From the sequence record NC_048792.1: 64,000 bases of DNA; one strand, 5' to 3'. The notes under the pieces were generated by a model. That model worked only from the letters and a program-made list of their open reading frames with translations, was not told the DNA's origin and ran no database searches. Made by a program: the position numbers and the translations under genes. Below are positions 37,646-46,894 of this stretch, piece after piece; position 1 is the stretch's first letter, and each line of letters starts with the position of its first letter.

Positions 37646-38432
37646 TGCTTCCCTTGCGCGTGCAAAGTCCCAACTCCAACCAGGTCGTGTTGAAGTCATC
37701 AGTGAAGTTACTCCCTTCGAACGCGATCCCTGGAAGCTGATTAGTTCACGCTTCGTTGGATTCGAATTACCCGATGGCTATATCGTGCCACGGATGGTTC
37801 AAGGGACTAAGACTTATCAACCCGATCCCGATCGTATCTCAATGGCTCGAGAGGGTCTTAAGGAAATGAAACTGGCCTTGTTAGGTTTAGGTATTCAGTT
37901 CCATGAGAACGATTCGGAAACCAACCACGAAGTATTCTGGGAAAACGTTTATACTTGGACAAGTGAAATTGTCTGGGTAGATAAAGTCGTACCTGAAGAC
38001 ATCGTTTGTAAAGTCCTGTTCGACAAAGCTCCTCCTGTTATCGCTAACCGCATCTCAGGAACCGCTATCGGCGACGTAAGTAAATTATTACGCGGGATGG
38101 TATTTTATGACAAAGCTACATTAGTTGCAAAGTTCCCAGATTATCTCGAGTTGCCTACGAACATGTTTATGGTCGATGGGTTAAAGGTTTCAGTATTCCG
38201 TACGGGCAATGGTTACGCAAACGGCACAACGCCTGTTGCGATTAATAACTTAGCTGCAGCGGAATCCGTGTCGCGTTCTGTAGTTGGATATTTAAACCTC
38301 CAGCTTACGGAAACAGAACGTGGCACTTACCTACAACAGAGTTGGTTTGCGAGAATTTCCGCCTTGGCGCAATCGTCGGTGTTCGGGAATCTCTACTGGA
38401 GCTATGTACTACGTGGCCTTGGTAAACAGTAA
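37593..38432 (+). CDS. hypothetical protein
   Basis: 279-aa ORF followed by a terminator. Confidence 0.7.
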   Translation: MKFPENKVNVKKVTDLISASLARAKSQLQPGRVEVISEVTPFERDPWKLISSRFVGFELPDGYIVPRMVQGTKTYQPDPDRISMAREGLKEMKLALLGLGIQFHENDSETNHEVFWENVYTWTSEIVWVDKVVPEDIVCKVLFDKAPPVIANRISGTAIGDVSKLLRGMVFYDKATLVAKFPDYLELPTNMFMVDGLKVSVFRTGNGYANGTTPVAINNLAAAESVSRSVVGYLNLQLTETERGTYLQQSWFARISALAQSSVFGNLYWSYVLRGLGKQ

Positions 38433-38444
38433 GACTTAAGATTT

Positions 38445-38470
38445 TGGAGGAGGGGTAAAACCTTCCTCCA
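38445..38470 (+). terminator. rho-independent terminator
   Basis: TGGAGGAGGG-GTAAAA-CCTTCCTCCA followed by CCTTTTTT. Confidence 0.7.
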
Positions 38471-38498
38471 CCTTTTTTACTGAGCGAGTATGTAAAAA

Positions 38499-38681
38499 AT
38501 GAGCACTCAATCGAACGGCGTAATTCTTTCTTTCCATGTGGATGCTTCCGGTGAAACAGAACTGGCTCCGCGTGCGTACCAAGAATCTATCCTCCATTAC
38601 CGTTTTAACATGGAATGGGATACGATCAACAAAATGTCCGACCAAGAAGTCGAGGCAATGTTCCTGAAGTTAACCGACTAA
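38499..38681 (+). CDS. small hypothetical protein (60 aa)
   Basis: Bounded by two terminators, with TATG 10 nt upstream of the ATG. Confidence 0.6.
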   Translation: MSTQSNGVILSFHVDASGETELAPRAYQESILHYRFNMEWDTINKMSDQEVEAMFLKLTD

Positions 38682-38683
38682 AG

Positions 38684-38703
38684 GCAGGGGTTAATTCCCC
38701 TGC
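38684..38703 (+). terminator. hairpin terminator
   Basis: GCAGGGG-TTAATT-CCCCTGC followed by TCTATTTT. Confidence 0.7.
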
Positions 38704-38738
38704 TCTATTTTGCACTTTTATTAATAGAGGAAAGAACC

Positions 38739-39308
38739 ATGTCCAACGTATTCAACATCAGCGATTTATTGAAGATCCATCAAGAAGAGGTTATTGCAGA
38801 TCCTAAAGTAGTAGAGATGGATCCGATGAAATCAATAGAGGCTCTCCTCGGCAATCTGGAGCGCGTGTGCGATGATATCCATACGTCGGTAAGGAAATTT
38901 GCAGAAGATAGCGTAGGGTCGGTTGTACGGCTTTCCAAGCGTGCTGGTACAGAAGACTATATTCGCAAGCAGTTAGTTCATCTGCAGATCCTTTCGATGA
39001 ACAAGGCTAAGAAGCTCTCTACTCGTCAACTGGCCGACTTCATCAAGAAGGCTTACTGGCGTATTGAACAAGCCGAACGTCGCATTGTACGTAACCTGGA
39101 TAAGATTGGTCAGGAATACGGATACGACGAACGTCAGTCTGCTGAAGCAAAAGCTTTGGCTGAAGTTGACCAAGGTAAAGTTGTCAATCTCCCCATCACC
39201 CAAGATACTAAGTTCAACATGAATACCTTATCTCCTTACGATCGCATTTATCGTAACAGCGTAGATAATCCTCAGAACGGCGAAGCTGGAACTGACTTCG
39301 GCGACTAA
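38739..39308 (+). CDS. hypothetical protein
   Basis: GAGG SD, 189 aa, helical. Confidence 0.75.
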   Translation: MSNVFNISDLLKIHQEEVIADPKVVEMDPMKSIEALLGNLERVCDDIHTSVRKFAEDSVGSVVRLSKRAGTEDYIRKQLVHLQILSMNKAKKLSTRQLADFIKKAYWRIEQAERRIVRNLDKIGQEYGYDERQSAEAKALAEVDQGKVVNLPITQDTKFNMNTLSPYDRIYRNSVDNPQNGEAGTDFGD

Positions 39309-39312
39309 CTAA

Positions 39313-39354
39313 CATAGCTCCCTCCTCTACCTTTACGGGTAGAGGAGGGCTGTG
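39313..39354. terminator. bidirectional hairpin terminator
   Basis: CCCTCCTCTACC-TTTACG-GGTAGAGGAGGG flanked by CATAG and CTGTG. Confidence 0.8.
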
Positions 39355-39376
39355 ACCGCAGTCACTCTTTTATTTT

Positions 39377-40936
39377 TTAGTGTGGTTGGAAGTCGTTGAT
39401 ATCTTCGAATGATTGGTGCCAACCTGCGCCACCGCCTTCACTGGCAGTTTGTGCTCCAGGTTTCTTCATGGAGAGATCTTCCCCATCGATATCATCAGGG
39501 ATACCGATTTCAGTAAAGCGATAAGTACAACGTTGATGCTCTAACGGAGTGTTATCCACACCACGGTGTTTACCACGACCAATGTTGAGGTAAGCTACAC
39601 CGTCAACGATTTGTTTCTGAATGTTGATCTCCATGTCAACTTCTTGCGCGATCGTCTTACATTCGTTGTAGTACGCACGGTTAAGAATTTCATTCAGGAA
39701 CTGGTTAGGACGGTCACGTTCAATCGCAAGTGCTTCGGTAGACAACTGGTGAGGAGTAATGAACAGAACGTTGTGCAGTACCATGAAGTTACGAGTACGC
39801 TTGAACAACGCTTGTTTATCACGGCCTGTAATCCCGCCGTTATCGAAACCCTTGGTTGACATCATCGCCAGGTAGTCGAACGTACAGACAATAATCTCGT
39901 AGTTGTCTGCTTCCAAACCCAACACCAAAGATTGCAGTGAATCGAAAGTGAACTCATCCGGGTTAATACGGAACATCAAGAAGTGCCAACCGTTCTCAGC
40001 AAACTTGTCGTGCATATACTGAGCAGCTTCATTCGGATCAATATCCTTCAAAGCGATCGGACGACCAATGGTCGGTTCGATACATTGCTTGTACATGGTA
40101 CGGATGTTGATCGGAAGGTCGTTCTCAGAAGAGATGAGTACGATAGCCGGTTTCTTATCCGGGTTCTGCAACTTAGGCTTGTTGTATAAAGCAGCCCCTT
40201 TGGTCATCATCATTGTCAGACCAGATTTAAAGTGGTGTTGTAAACCACCTACCAGGATTGCTTCACCACGACGACCACCACCCTGTTCACCGAACATTCG
40301 GTTAAGGCCTTGTAGACCGAACTTGATGATCTCTTCTTTAGATACCTGCTTCTTAGCTTTCTCAAACATGGCACGTACTGAGTCCACGTTTGTAAAGTCA
40401 ACGAAGTCCATTACACCCGGAGCGTTCTGTGGAGAGTCATTCTTCTCCATGGCGTAATGTTCAAACTGGTTAACCATCGAACGAGCAATTTCGTTCAGTT
40501 CGAAGTCACCTTCTCCGTAGAGAATCTTTTTGGTGTAATCTGCCAGCTTGAGTTTAAACTCTGACTTACGAGAAAACTCGTTCAAGTCCATGATCAATGT
40601 ACGGCAATGACGTTTGATTGCCTCTTCATCCATCTTGGCGTTCAGACCCTGCTCTATCATGTCTATGATAGAAGGTTCTTCGCTAGCCAGGATACGGACG
40701 TTCTGAGAGATCAACTCTTTGCTCTGAGCCAAAGAAGGGTTAGCTGACATTTTTAGAATCAAGGTCTTCAGTGAGTTGAAGATCTCGATGGTTTGTTCTG
40801 TGTCAGATAAACCTTTCTCTACCTTAACATCTTTGAGGACACGCTTTACTAAACTCTTACTATCGCTACCCGCCTTAGCTTGGGTTTCCCAGTACAACAA
40901 CATCAGAGCATTTACAATAAGCAGTCGGTAGTTCAT
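39377..40936 (-). CDS. dnaB: DnaB-like replicative helicase (phiKZ gp118-like)
   Basis: GGRRGEAILVGGLQHHFKSG Walker A variant, ISSEN, Walker B TFDYL, TPHQLS, and GRGKHRG arginine finger. GAGG SD before the ATG at 40936. Confidence 0.85.
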   Translation of the reverse strand: MNYRLLIVNALMLLYWETQAKAGSDSKSLVKRVLKDVKVEKGLSDTEQTIEIFNSLKTLILKMSANPSLAQSKELISQNVRILASEEPSIIDMIEQGLNAKMDEEAIKRHCRTLIMDLNEFSRKSEFKLKLADYTKKILYGEGDFELNEIARSMVNQFEHYAMEKNDSPQNAPGVMDFVDFTNVDSVRAMFEKAKKQVSKEEIIKFGLQGLNRMFGEQGGGRRGEAILVGGLQHHFKSGLTMMMTKGAALYNKPKLQNPDKKPAIVLISSENDLPINIRTMYKQCIEPTIGRPIALKDIDPNEAAQYMHDKFAENGWHFLMFRINPDEFTFDSLQSLVLGLEADNYEIIVCTFDYLAMMSTKGFDNGGITGRDKQALFKRTRNFMVLHNVLFITPHQLSTEALAIERDRPNQFLNEILNRAYYNECKTIAQEVDMEINIQKQIVDGVAYLNIGRGKHRGVDNTPLEHQRCTYRFTEIGIPDDIDGEDLSMKKPGAQTASEGGGAGWHQSFEDINDFQPH

Positions 40937-40990
40937 TCTGTCCTCTATAGTCTTACTATGTGCACGCATCCATTACCATCGGAGGAATTT

Positions 40991-41557
40991 ATGCGTATCG
41001 ATTCTGTGAGTCGGCTGCGAGTAGGTATTGTACCTTCGTGGCTCGCGGAAATAGTTTCCATGACACCAGACCTGGAGTTTTCCGATCTGTTGGTGTTCCA
41101 TGAATTAGCTGACACTAAAAGTTCTATATTATCAAAAGACGAAGTATTAATTTATGCGTTGACGCAACGCTATCTCAATACATTTGCCGAAGATGTTTTT
41201 TCTGACACCATTGCACTCAGTAATACTATGGAAAACAGTGCGTTCATTAATGATCACGCTGCCCGTATGTTGGCGTTGGAAAAAGAGACGCTGCTGAAAG
41301 ATCAAATGGCGCAGGGTAAAGATCAACTGGGTATCTCCGGTAACCAAGATCTTATCCTGGGCAAAGAGTTCTACGTCCCGCTGATGCAGGGAACCGAGAC
41401 TTTACTTCTTATAGGGAGTAAATCCGCCGTTTATGAAGATAAACGCGCTTTCCTGAATGCAGTAGTCGAAGCCATTGCCGGATCCGTCTCTTACCCAGAC
41501 TTCCGTCATTACAACTTCTTCAGAGAGTACTTGAAGTACGCGATCACTAAATACTGA
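40991..41557 (+). CDS. head protein (phiKZ gp119-like)
   Basis: GGAGG SD before the ATG at 40991. Lies between the helicase and the capsid gene, as in phiKZ. Confidence 0.6.
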   Translation: MRIDSVSRLRVGIVPSWLAEIVSMTPDLEFSDLLVFHELADTKSSILSKDEVLIYALTQRYLNTFAEDVFSDTIALSNTMENSAFINDHAARMLALEKETLLKDQMAQGKDQLGISGNQDLILGKEFYVPLMQGTETLLLIGSKSAVYEDKRAFLNAVVEAIAGSVSYPDFRHYNFFREYLKYAITKY

Positions 41558-41576
41558 TCCGCACATTCCCAAATAG

Positions 41577-41605
41577 TATGTAACTGCTATTACAGCATTG
41601 TTATG
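41577..41605 (+). promoter_or_regulatory. putative late promoters (2x TATGTAA) for the capsid gene
   Basis: TATG at 41577 and 41602 in the AT-rich spacer upstream of the capsid gene. Confidence 0.45.
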
Positions 41606-41676
41606 TAAAAAGTGCATATACTGTGCTGTTAATCAATTCAGTTCCTAAATAACGTTATTTAAAGGAAAGAACCACA

Positions 41677-43971
41677 ATGGCAAGACCATCGAAAAGCGCA
41701 CTGCGCGGCAACCTGACCAAAAATCTGGTTGAGAAAATCCACAATGCGGTAATGCGCAACGTAAACAGCCTGGGCGAAGGCTCTGCCGCTGGCGTGATGT
41801 CCGTATCTCTGGAAAGCTACAACGACCTGGGTGTTAACGCTGCTGACGTTGACAGCACCCTGGATAACCTGACCCAGGATCTGGCCGAAGCGCAAAGCGA
41901 TGCGGTTGGTGCAGTAAACGCAATCGAGCAAGGTCAGTCTGACGGCGCCATCGTTCATGGCGGCGAGTTCATCGAAGAGAACGGTAACAAAGTAGCTGTT
42001 GAAGCTGCCGCTGTTCTGGCGATGTCCTTCAAAAACCCAGGCGCTTACTACAAGGACGGTTATTCTAACCCGGCCTTCGAAAGCGGCGTTATCGTCCACA
42101 ACATGGTTTCCTCCGGTGCCAACGGCGCCATCGCGACTCTGCCGGAAAGCAGCCGTCCGTCGTTCGAATCCTTCGACGAAAAAGAAACCGAAAAATGGCG
42201 TGAACACAGCTACGCTATCAACATGATGGCCGCTAAACAGCACCCATTCGCTGAACTGTTCTACCGCACTCAGATCATCACTCCTGACCAAGCCGGCTTC
42301 GTAATGTCGATCCGCCGTAACATGGTCTGGGAAACCTACCAGGGTACTGGTCTGAAAGGCGACGCCGTTAAATTCCAAAAACGTAACATCCTGCAAGGTC
42401 TGCTGGACTACACCGTTCTGGAAAGCAACAGCACCGAACTGATCCCGTGCATCCACACCGGCGAGAACGATGACCAGTTCATCGACCCGACCCTGGTTGC
42501 GCCGCGCAAAGTTGTTCAGTCCAACGAAGAGTTCGAAACCAACTACCTGAAATTCGGTGTTGGCTTCAACCTGCCAATGCTGGCACAGACTCCTTCTCGT
42601 CTGCAGAAAGGTTCTCCAACCTTCTCCGACTCCCTGGACAGCCGTATCGCGCTGAAAGATCTGCTGGTAACCGTTTCCAAAGGCGGCACCAAAGAAAACG
42701 TGAACTTCTTCGTGAACCGCGACCAGTACGCCGCGTACACCGCAACTCGCGAATACAACTTCCGTCAAATGCAGCTGAAATTCCTGTCGACCGTTTCTGT
42801 TAACGCAGAAACCAAAACCGTTGAAGGCGCGGAATCCGCTAACCTGAAAGGTCTGATCGACGCTGGCTACAGCATGGAACTGGCTGTTGGTATCGACGGC
42901 GAAGTAAACGTTGAAACCGGCTCCGGCGAAACCTACGCACGTCCTCTGAAAATCGCTAAGATCTTCGACAAAGACGGCGTTGAAATCGCACTGTCCGACG
43001 CGCGTGTTGCCGCTCTGATCGCTGGCCTGACTTTCGAAGCTGCGGGTTACACCCTGGAAGCTCGTCTGACCAACATCAACCAACTGGAACTGGGCCTGGC
43101 AATCGACTCCGACGTGATGAAACACGGCTTCATGATCCCAACTCTGCCGCCGCTGGTTATCATCAAGCCGGCTCTGCAAGACGAAGAGAAAGTGTATCCG
43201 CGCATCGAAGCGCTGACCACTGCTTACCGTGTGCAGATGCGTAACAACGCAGTAACCACCCTGCTGAACCGCCGCGATACTCTGAAAGCCTACCTGGGCG
43301 TTGGCGTACCGCACCCGATCGAATCTAACCAAGGCCTGGAAGGTGTCGGCCAATACTACGTGCGTCCGTACTACATGGAAGCCGAAGTAGACATCCTGAA
43401 AGATCTGAACAACCTGACCTCGGCTGCTAAGCAGACTGACATTCAGGGTCTGTTGGTTAGCAAGATCAACGAAATGGTTTACACCGCTGACCAGCTGACT
43501 GGTTACACCGCTGCTCTGGAAGCTGCCTTCCCAGGCCGTACTCCTAAGCCGCACGTAGCTATCGGTACCGACATGCGTCTGCCGCAGTACCTGCAGATTC
43601 CTGGCGACGACCGTACCGTTGGTATTGGTTACGACTACACCATCGCTCGTATCTCCGACCTGCGCATGAAAGATCAGATCATCATGACCTTCGTGCTGCC
43701 GAACGTTGACGAGCCGCACCCGCTGCAGCACGGCGTACTGGGCCTGATTCCGGAATACCTGGTTAACTTCCAGATGATCCGTAACCAGCGCATCGGTAAC
43801 GAAATCCGTCTGACTCCGCGCTACCGTTACTTCAACTTCCTGCCGATCATGCTGTCTATCACCGTGAAAAACCTGGAAGAAGCAATTGCGGCGCGTACCG
43901 CTCAGGCTAACGATGTTAAAGTCGTTAACGCCGACGAGTTTGGTAAAGGCGGCGAAGCTCCGAAACCTTGA
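41677..43971 (+). CDS. major capsid protein (phiKZ gp120-like)
   Basis: 764 aa, strongest codon bias in the window, propeptide with SLE/AVE/AFE/PSFE sites, and QHPFAELFY...PDQAG motif. Located between DnaB and nvRNAP. Confidence 0.85.
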   Translation: MARPSKSALRGNLTKNLVEKIHNAVMRNVNSLGEGSAAGVMSVSLESYNDLGVNAADVDSTLDNLTQDLAEAQSDAVGAVNAIEQGQSDGAIVHGGEFIEENGNKVAVEAAAVLAMSFKNPGAYYKDGYSNPAFESGVIVHNMVSSGANGAIATLPESSRPSFESFDEKETEKWREHSYAINMMAAKQHPFAELFYRTQIITPDQAGFVMSIRRNMVWETYQGTGLKGDAVKFQKRNILQGLLDYTVLESNSTELIPCIHTGENDDQFIDPTLVAPRKVVQSNEEFETNYLKFGVGFNLPMLAQTPSRLQKGSPTFSDSLDSRIALKDLLVTVSKGGTKENVNFFVNRDQYAAYTATREYNFRQMQLKFLSTVSVNAETKTVEGAESANLKGLIDAGYSMELAVGIDGEVNVETGSGETYARPLKIAKIFDKDGVEIALSDARVAALIAGLTFEAAGYTLEARLTNINQLELGLAIDSDVMKHGFMIPTLPPLVIIKPALQDEEKVYPRIEALTTAYRVQMRNNAVTTLLNRRDTLKAYLGVGVPHPIESNQGLEGVGQYYVRPYYMEAEVDILKDLNNLTSAAKQTDIQGLLVSKINEMVYTADQLTGYTAALEAAFPGRTPKPHVAIGTDMRLPQYLQIPGDDRTVGIGYDYTIARISDLRMKDQIIMTFVLPNVDEPHPLQHGVLGLIPEYLVNFQMIRNQRIGNEIRLTPRYRYFNFLPIMLSITVKNLEEAIAARTAQANDVKVVNADEFGKGGEAPKP

Positions 43972-44022
43972 ACTCTCGGAGAGGCGTTTGAGAACCCTCT
44001 TAGCGGGTTCGATCCTGCCTAG
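43969..44022 (+). other. putative UGA read-through extension of the capsid (X-TLGEAFENPLSGFDPA)
   Basis: 16 in-frame codons after TGA-A, ending at TAG 44020-44022, before the terminator. The peptide matches a motif repeated in tail proteins. Confidence 0.6.
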
Positions 44023-44038
44023 GCCACAAGCCAGTAAT

Positions 44039-44060
44039 CCAGGGACCTTCGGGTCCCTGG
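44039..44060 (+). terminator. rho-independent terminator of the capsid gene
   Basis: CCAGGGACC-TTCG-GGTCCCTGG followed by TTTATTTT. Confidence 0.85.
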
Positions 44061-44097
44061 TTTATTTTGCCCTATTTCCATATCGACTTAAGTTCAT

Positions 44098-44109
44098 GTA
44101 TATATTACT
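44098..44109 (+). promoter_or_regulatory. putative early promoter GTATATATTACT
   Basis: Identical to the 12-mer at 3134. It precedes the operon containing the nvRNAP subunit, as expected for an early transcript. Confidence 0.6.
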
Positions 44110-44193
44110 ACCTTGGAGTTGTGATGGAGTCGCGATCCATTACTAAGTTCTAACAGATCTGTTTCAACAAATTCTATTGGGGGTAGCATTACC

Positions 44194-45231
44194 GTGACAC
44201 TTAAGAAGAGCACATGGAGAACAAACAGTACTATCCTGAACCCTAAACGGTTGGATGTACTGAATAAGGAACTGGAGGCATCTCAAGTAACAATCGAAGT
44301 ACGAGTTGTTAACTTGTTGAACCATCCGGTTATGGTTAAAGAAAACACTGGCAATCGCCATGTAGTAAATCCAAAGAACGTACCTGCCGCTGGTCGCTGT
44401 ATTGCGATCAGTGTTGTATTTTCTTACGCCAACAGCTTAGTTAAAATTAACGCTGACCACGATTACTCTGAGGAGTACATTCATGATGTGCTCGAACGGT
44501 ATAAGGGATTTGCTAGCGTCCATGTCGATGACACGGATGTTTTCAATCGCTTTAATCGTAACTATTCTCGTCTGGTAATGGCTTTCGACGAGCGTAATCT
44601 GAAGTCCTTAGGTAATCTGCTGGAGATTGCAGAATGGGGTATTAGTATCGACTGTAGCAGAGATGCGGCGACTAGAACCCTTGAGTCTGAATTTATCGAG
44701 GCTCATTTACCGAATGTGAAACCCGATAATGATTGTCGTTATAGTGGCGTATGTGTCACTTTAAACGATCCTGATAATCGGCTACCAAGAGCATTCTATC
44801 GGATTGGCAGTGAGGTATTCGAGATAGACCTAGATCGAACAGCCGGTTGTGAACCGGGTGTCGAGCTGGCTGCTTGGAACATCATGATGCCGTCGATGGT
44901 GCCGATGGAAGAAACTCGAATGAAGTTCTCTATCGACGAAGCATTGTCAGGGGAAAATCCATTGGGGTTGAAAGTATTCACATCTTTGGAAGAGGCTTAT
45001 GCTTCTCCAGAAAACGAACTCAAACGAGTTAAGGACGAAGTAGCGAAAGAGAAAGTCAAACAGCGAGATGATAAGCGTACCAGTGTTCGAGAAGAAAAGC
45101 TGAAATTCGGTCATGGTATCCTTAAGATCTTTAATGAGGCCGTGAAGACTACGTTACCGATATTAGTGAGTTGGGGAGCCAAGTTGTTTGGTATCTTTAA
45201 ACGTTCTTCTTCAATAATGGCTTTAATCTAA
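44194..45231 (+). CDS. conserved hypothetical protein (phiKZ gp122-like position)
   Basis: 345-aa ORF immediately upstream of the nvRNAP subunit. Start codon uncertain. Confidence 0.65.
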   Translation: MTLKKSTWRTNSTILNPKRLDVLNKELEASQVTIEVRVVNLLNHPVMVKENTGNRHVVNPKNVPAAGRCIAISVVFSYANSLVKINADHDYSEEYIHDVLERYKGFASVHVDDTDVFNRFNRNYSRLVMAFDERNLKSLGNLLEIAEWGISIDCSRDAATRTLESEFIEAHLPNVKPDNDCRYSGVCVTLNDPDNRLPRAFYRIGSEVFEIDLDRTAGCEPGVELAAWNIMMPSMVPMEETRMKFSIDEALSGENPLGLKVFTSLEEAYASPENELKRVKDEVAKEKVKQRDDKRTSVREEKLKFGHGILKIFNEAVKTTLPILVSWGAKLFGIFKRSSSIMALI

Positions 45232-45248
45232 CTGTGGAGTAATCGATT

Positions 45249-46862
45249 GTGGATAATCGCTTGTATCAAGAAATCATAGCAGACCTTCCTCAGTTTAACC
45301 CAGATATCGCAAAGGGTTATTCTGTAAAGGACATGGAAGACGCGGAGGAGTATATCCATCGTATCTTCGAATGTGCTTCTGCTGACTTCCCGCCTATCTT
45401 CAAATTTGTGGGACTCCGTAGACTAACGCCTGAAGAGGAACAGCGTGAAATCGAACGGACTAGCGAGCGAATCCCGGAACGTGATGTCTCTCAGACAGAC
45501 GTTTACATGTGTGAGGCTATCTTCGACTTCGACGGTCAGAAGGTAACTCGTAATATCAACCTGCCGTATATGCGTGAAGCTGGCACGATCTTCCTGCGCG
45601 GAAGTCGTAGCACAATTCACCCGATCCTAGCCGACCTGGTGTTCAGCGTCTCCGACCTCGGTTTGTTTACGATGTTGTTGAGAGCTAAGTTTACCCTTAC
45701 CCGCACCAACTATGGTGTCCTGAAGGATGGTGAGTCTATTACTCACTTCGTGGTAGCTGGGAACATTTACCAGAGCAAAGAGAGTGTTGCGGATTCCCGC
45801 AAGGCCAACAAAGTCGAATCGACTATTGGCCATTACCTGTTTTGCAAGTATGGCGTTACCGAGACATTCAAACGGTATTATGACACTGATGTCATTATCG
45901 AAGAGAAGCGTCCGGGACTATCGGAGATCTATCCGGTAGAGGACTATGTAATGTTTACGACTATGGGTTTGCCGCCTCTCGAAAAACGACGCCGCGAACA
46001 GTCGGATTGGACTCCGACTAATCTCGTACTCATTATCCCTCGGGACAAATGTGAGGAACATCCAGGGGTATCTCTTCTGGCCACTCACTTCTTCTACGTA
46101 ATCGATCAGTTCCCAAGCCGTTTCACTTTGGAACACATCGATCAAGATGGCACCTGGCGCATCGCAATGGGGTATATTTTACACCGCGCCAAAGAGAACG
46201 AAGGTAAGCTACTTAACGAAATCGATAAGCACTTAAACTCGCTCGACCGTTACGTCGACTATGAAACAAAACGTCACCTGGAAATGGAAGGTATTCAGGT
46301 AGACAATCTGTACGATCTGTTCGTTCATGTACTTGACACGATTACAAGTCGTATTGTTAACGATAACTCTGGCCGTATGTGGGGTAAGCATTTATTAGTT
46401 AAACGTTATGCACTGTCCGGTATTACTGAAGCGATCTTTAACTTCACCTGGCAGCTGGAAAAAGAACGTGATTCTCTGACGTTCCGTAGACTGCGCTGGA
46501 CATTGTCCCGCATGATTACTCCAGATGCATTCCTGGGTATCCAAAGTAAACACGGGGAATTGGGTTCCGTCCAATATCCTGGTGATTGCATGATCTTCAA
46601 ACACACCTGCGTCTCTATTCGTCAGATGAACGCGGTGACGGGCAAAGGTAAAACGAAGAGCTTCAAACCTAACGAGCTCGCCTATCAACTCGACGGCTCT
46701 ATTGCCGAAGCGGGTTCTGCCTGTAACTTTGCGAAAGGTTCTCCTGATGGCCGTAGTCGTCTTAACATGTTCCTCCACATCGACAAAAATGGACGTATCG
46801 TCCGTAACCCAGATCTGGTGGAACTTATCGACCAAGCCCAGAAAGAAATTTCGAAATACTAA
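45249..46862 (+). CDS. non-virion RNA polymerase beta N-terminal subunit (phiKZ gp123-like)
   Basis: LPQFNPDIAKG N-terminus, INLPYMREAG...GSRSTIHPILAD (beta region A), and late GRSRLNMF. Size and synteny fit. Confidence 0.8.
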   Translation: MDNRLYQEIIADLPQFNPDIAKGYSVKDMEDAEEYIHRIFECASADFPPIFKFVGLRRLTPEEEQREIERTSERIPERDVSQTDVYMCEAIFDFDGQKVTRNINLPYMREAGTIFLRGSRSTIHPILADLVFSVSDLGLFTMLLRAKFTLTRTNYGVLKDGESITHFVVAGNIYQSKESVADSRKANKVESTIGHYLFCKYGVTETFKRYYDTDVIIEEKRPGLSEIYPVEDYVMFTTMGLPPLEKRRREQSDWTPTNLVLIIPRDKCEEHPGVSLLATHFFYVIDQFPSRFTLEHIDQDGTWRIAMGYILHRAKENEGKLLNEIDKHLNSLDRYVDYETKRHLEMEGIQVDNLYDLFVHVLDTITSRIVNDNSGRMWGKHLLVKRYALSGITEAIFNFTWQLEKERDSLTFRRLRWTLSRMITPDAFLGIQSKHGELGSVQYPGDCMIFKHTCVSIRQMNAVTGKGKTKSFKPNELAYQLDGSIAEAGSACNFAKGSPDGRSRLNMFLHIDKNGRIVRNPDLVELIDQAQKEISKY

Positions 46863-46894
46863 TTTAAATCTTAAGTCTTGCTAGGAGTAGTAAA

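Noticed and set aside
41659-43731. 690-aa antisense ORF over the capsid gene (likewise 47015-48973, 49798-51180, 12681-13448, 22260-23090)
   Set aside because: Codon-for-codon mirror frames caused by avoidance of TTA, CTA and TCA in highly expressed sense genes.
44003-44026. tRNA T-arm-like GCGGGTTCGATCCTGC...GGCCA after the capsid gene
   Set aside because: The T-loop has only 6 nt, and I found no matching D-arm, canonical anticodon stem or acceptor stem. The sequence is better explained as coding SGFDPA in the read-through frame.
43886-44146. +1 frameshift at CCT-TGA into ORF 43886-44146
   Set aside because: tRNA-Pro cannot re-pair on CUU, and this frame runs through the terminator and the next promoter.
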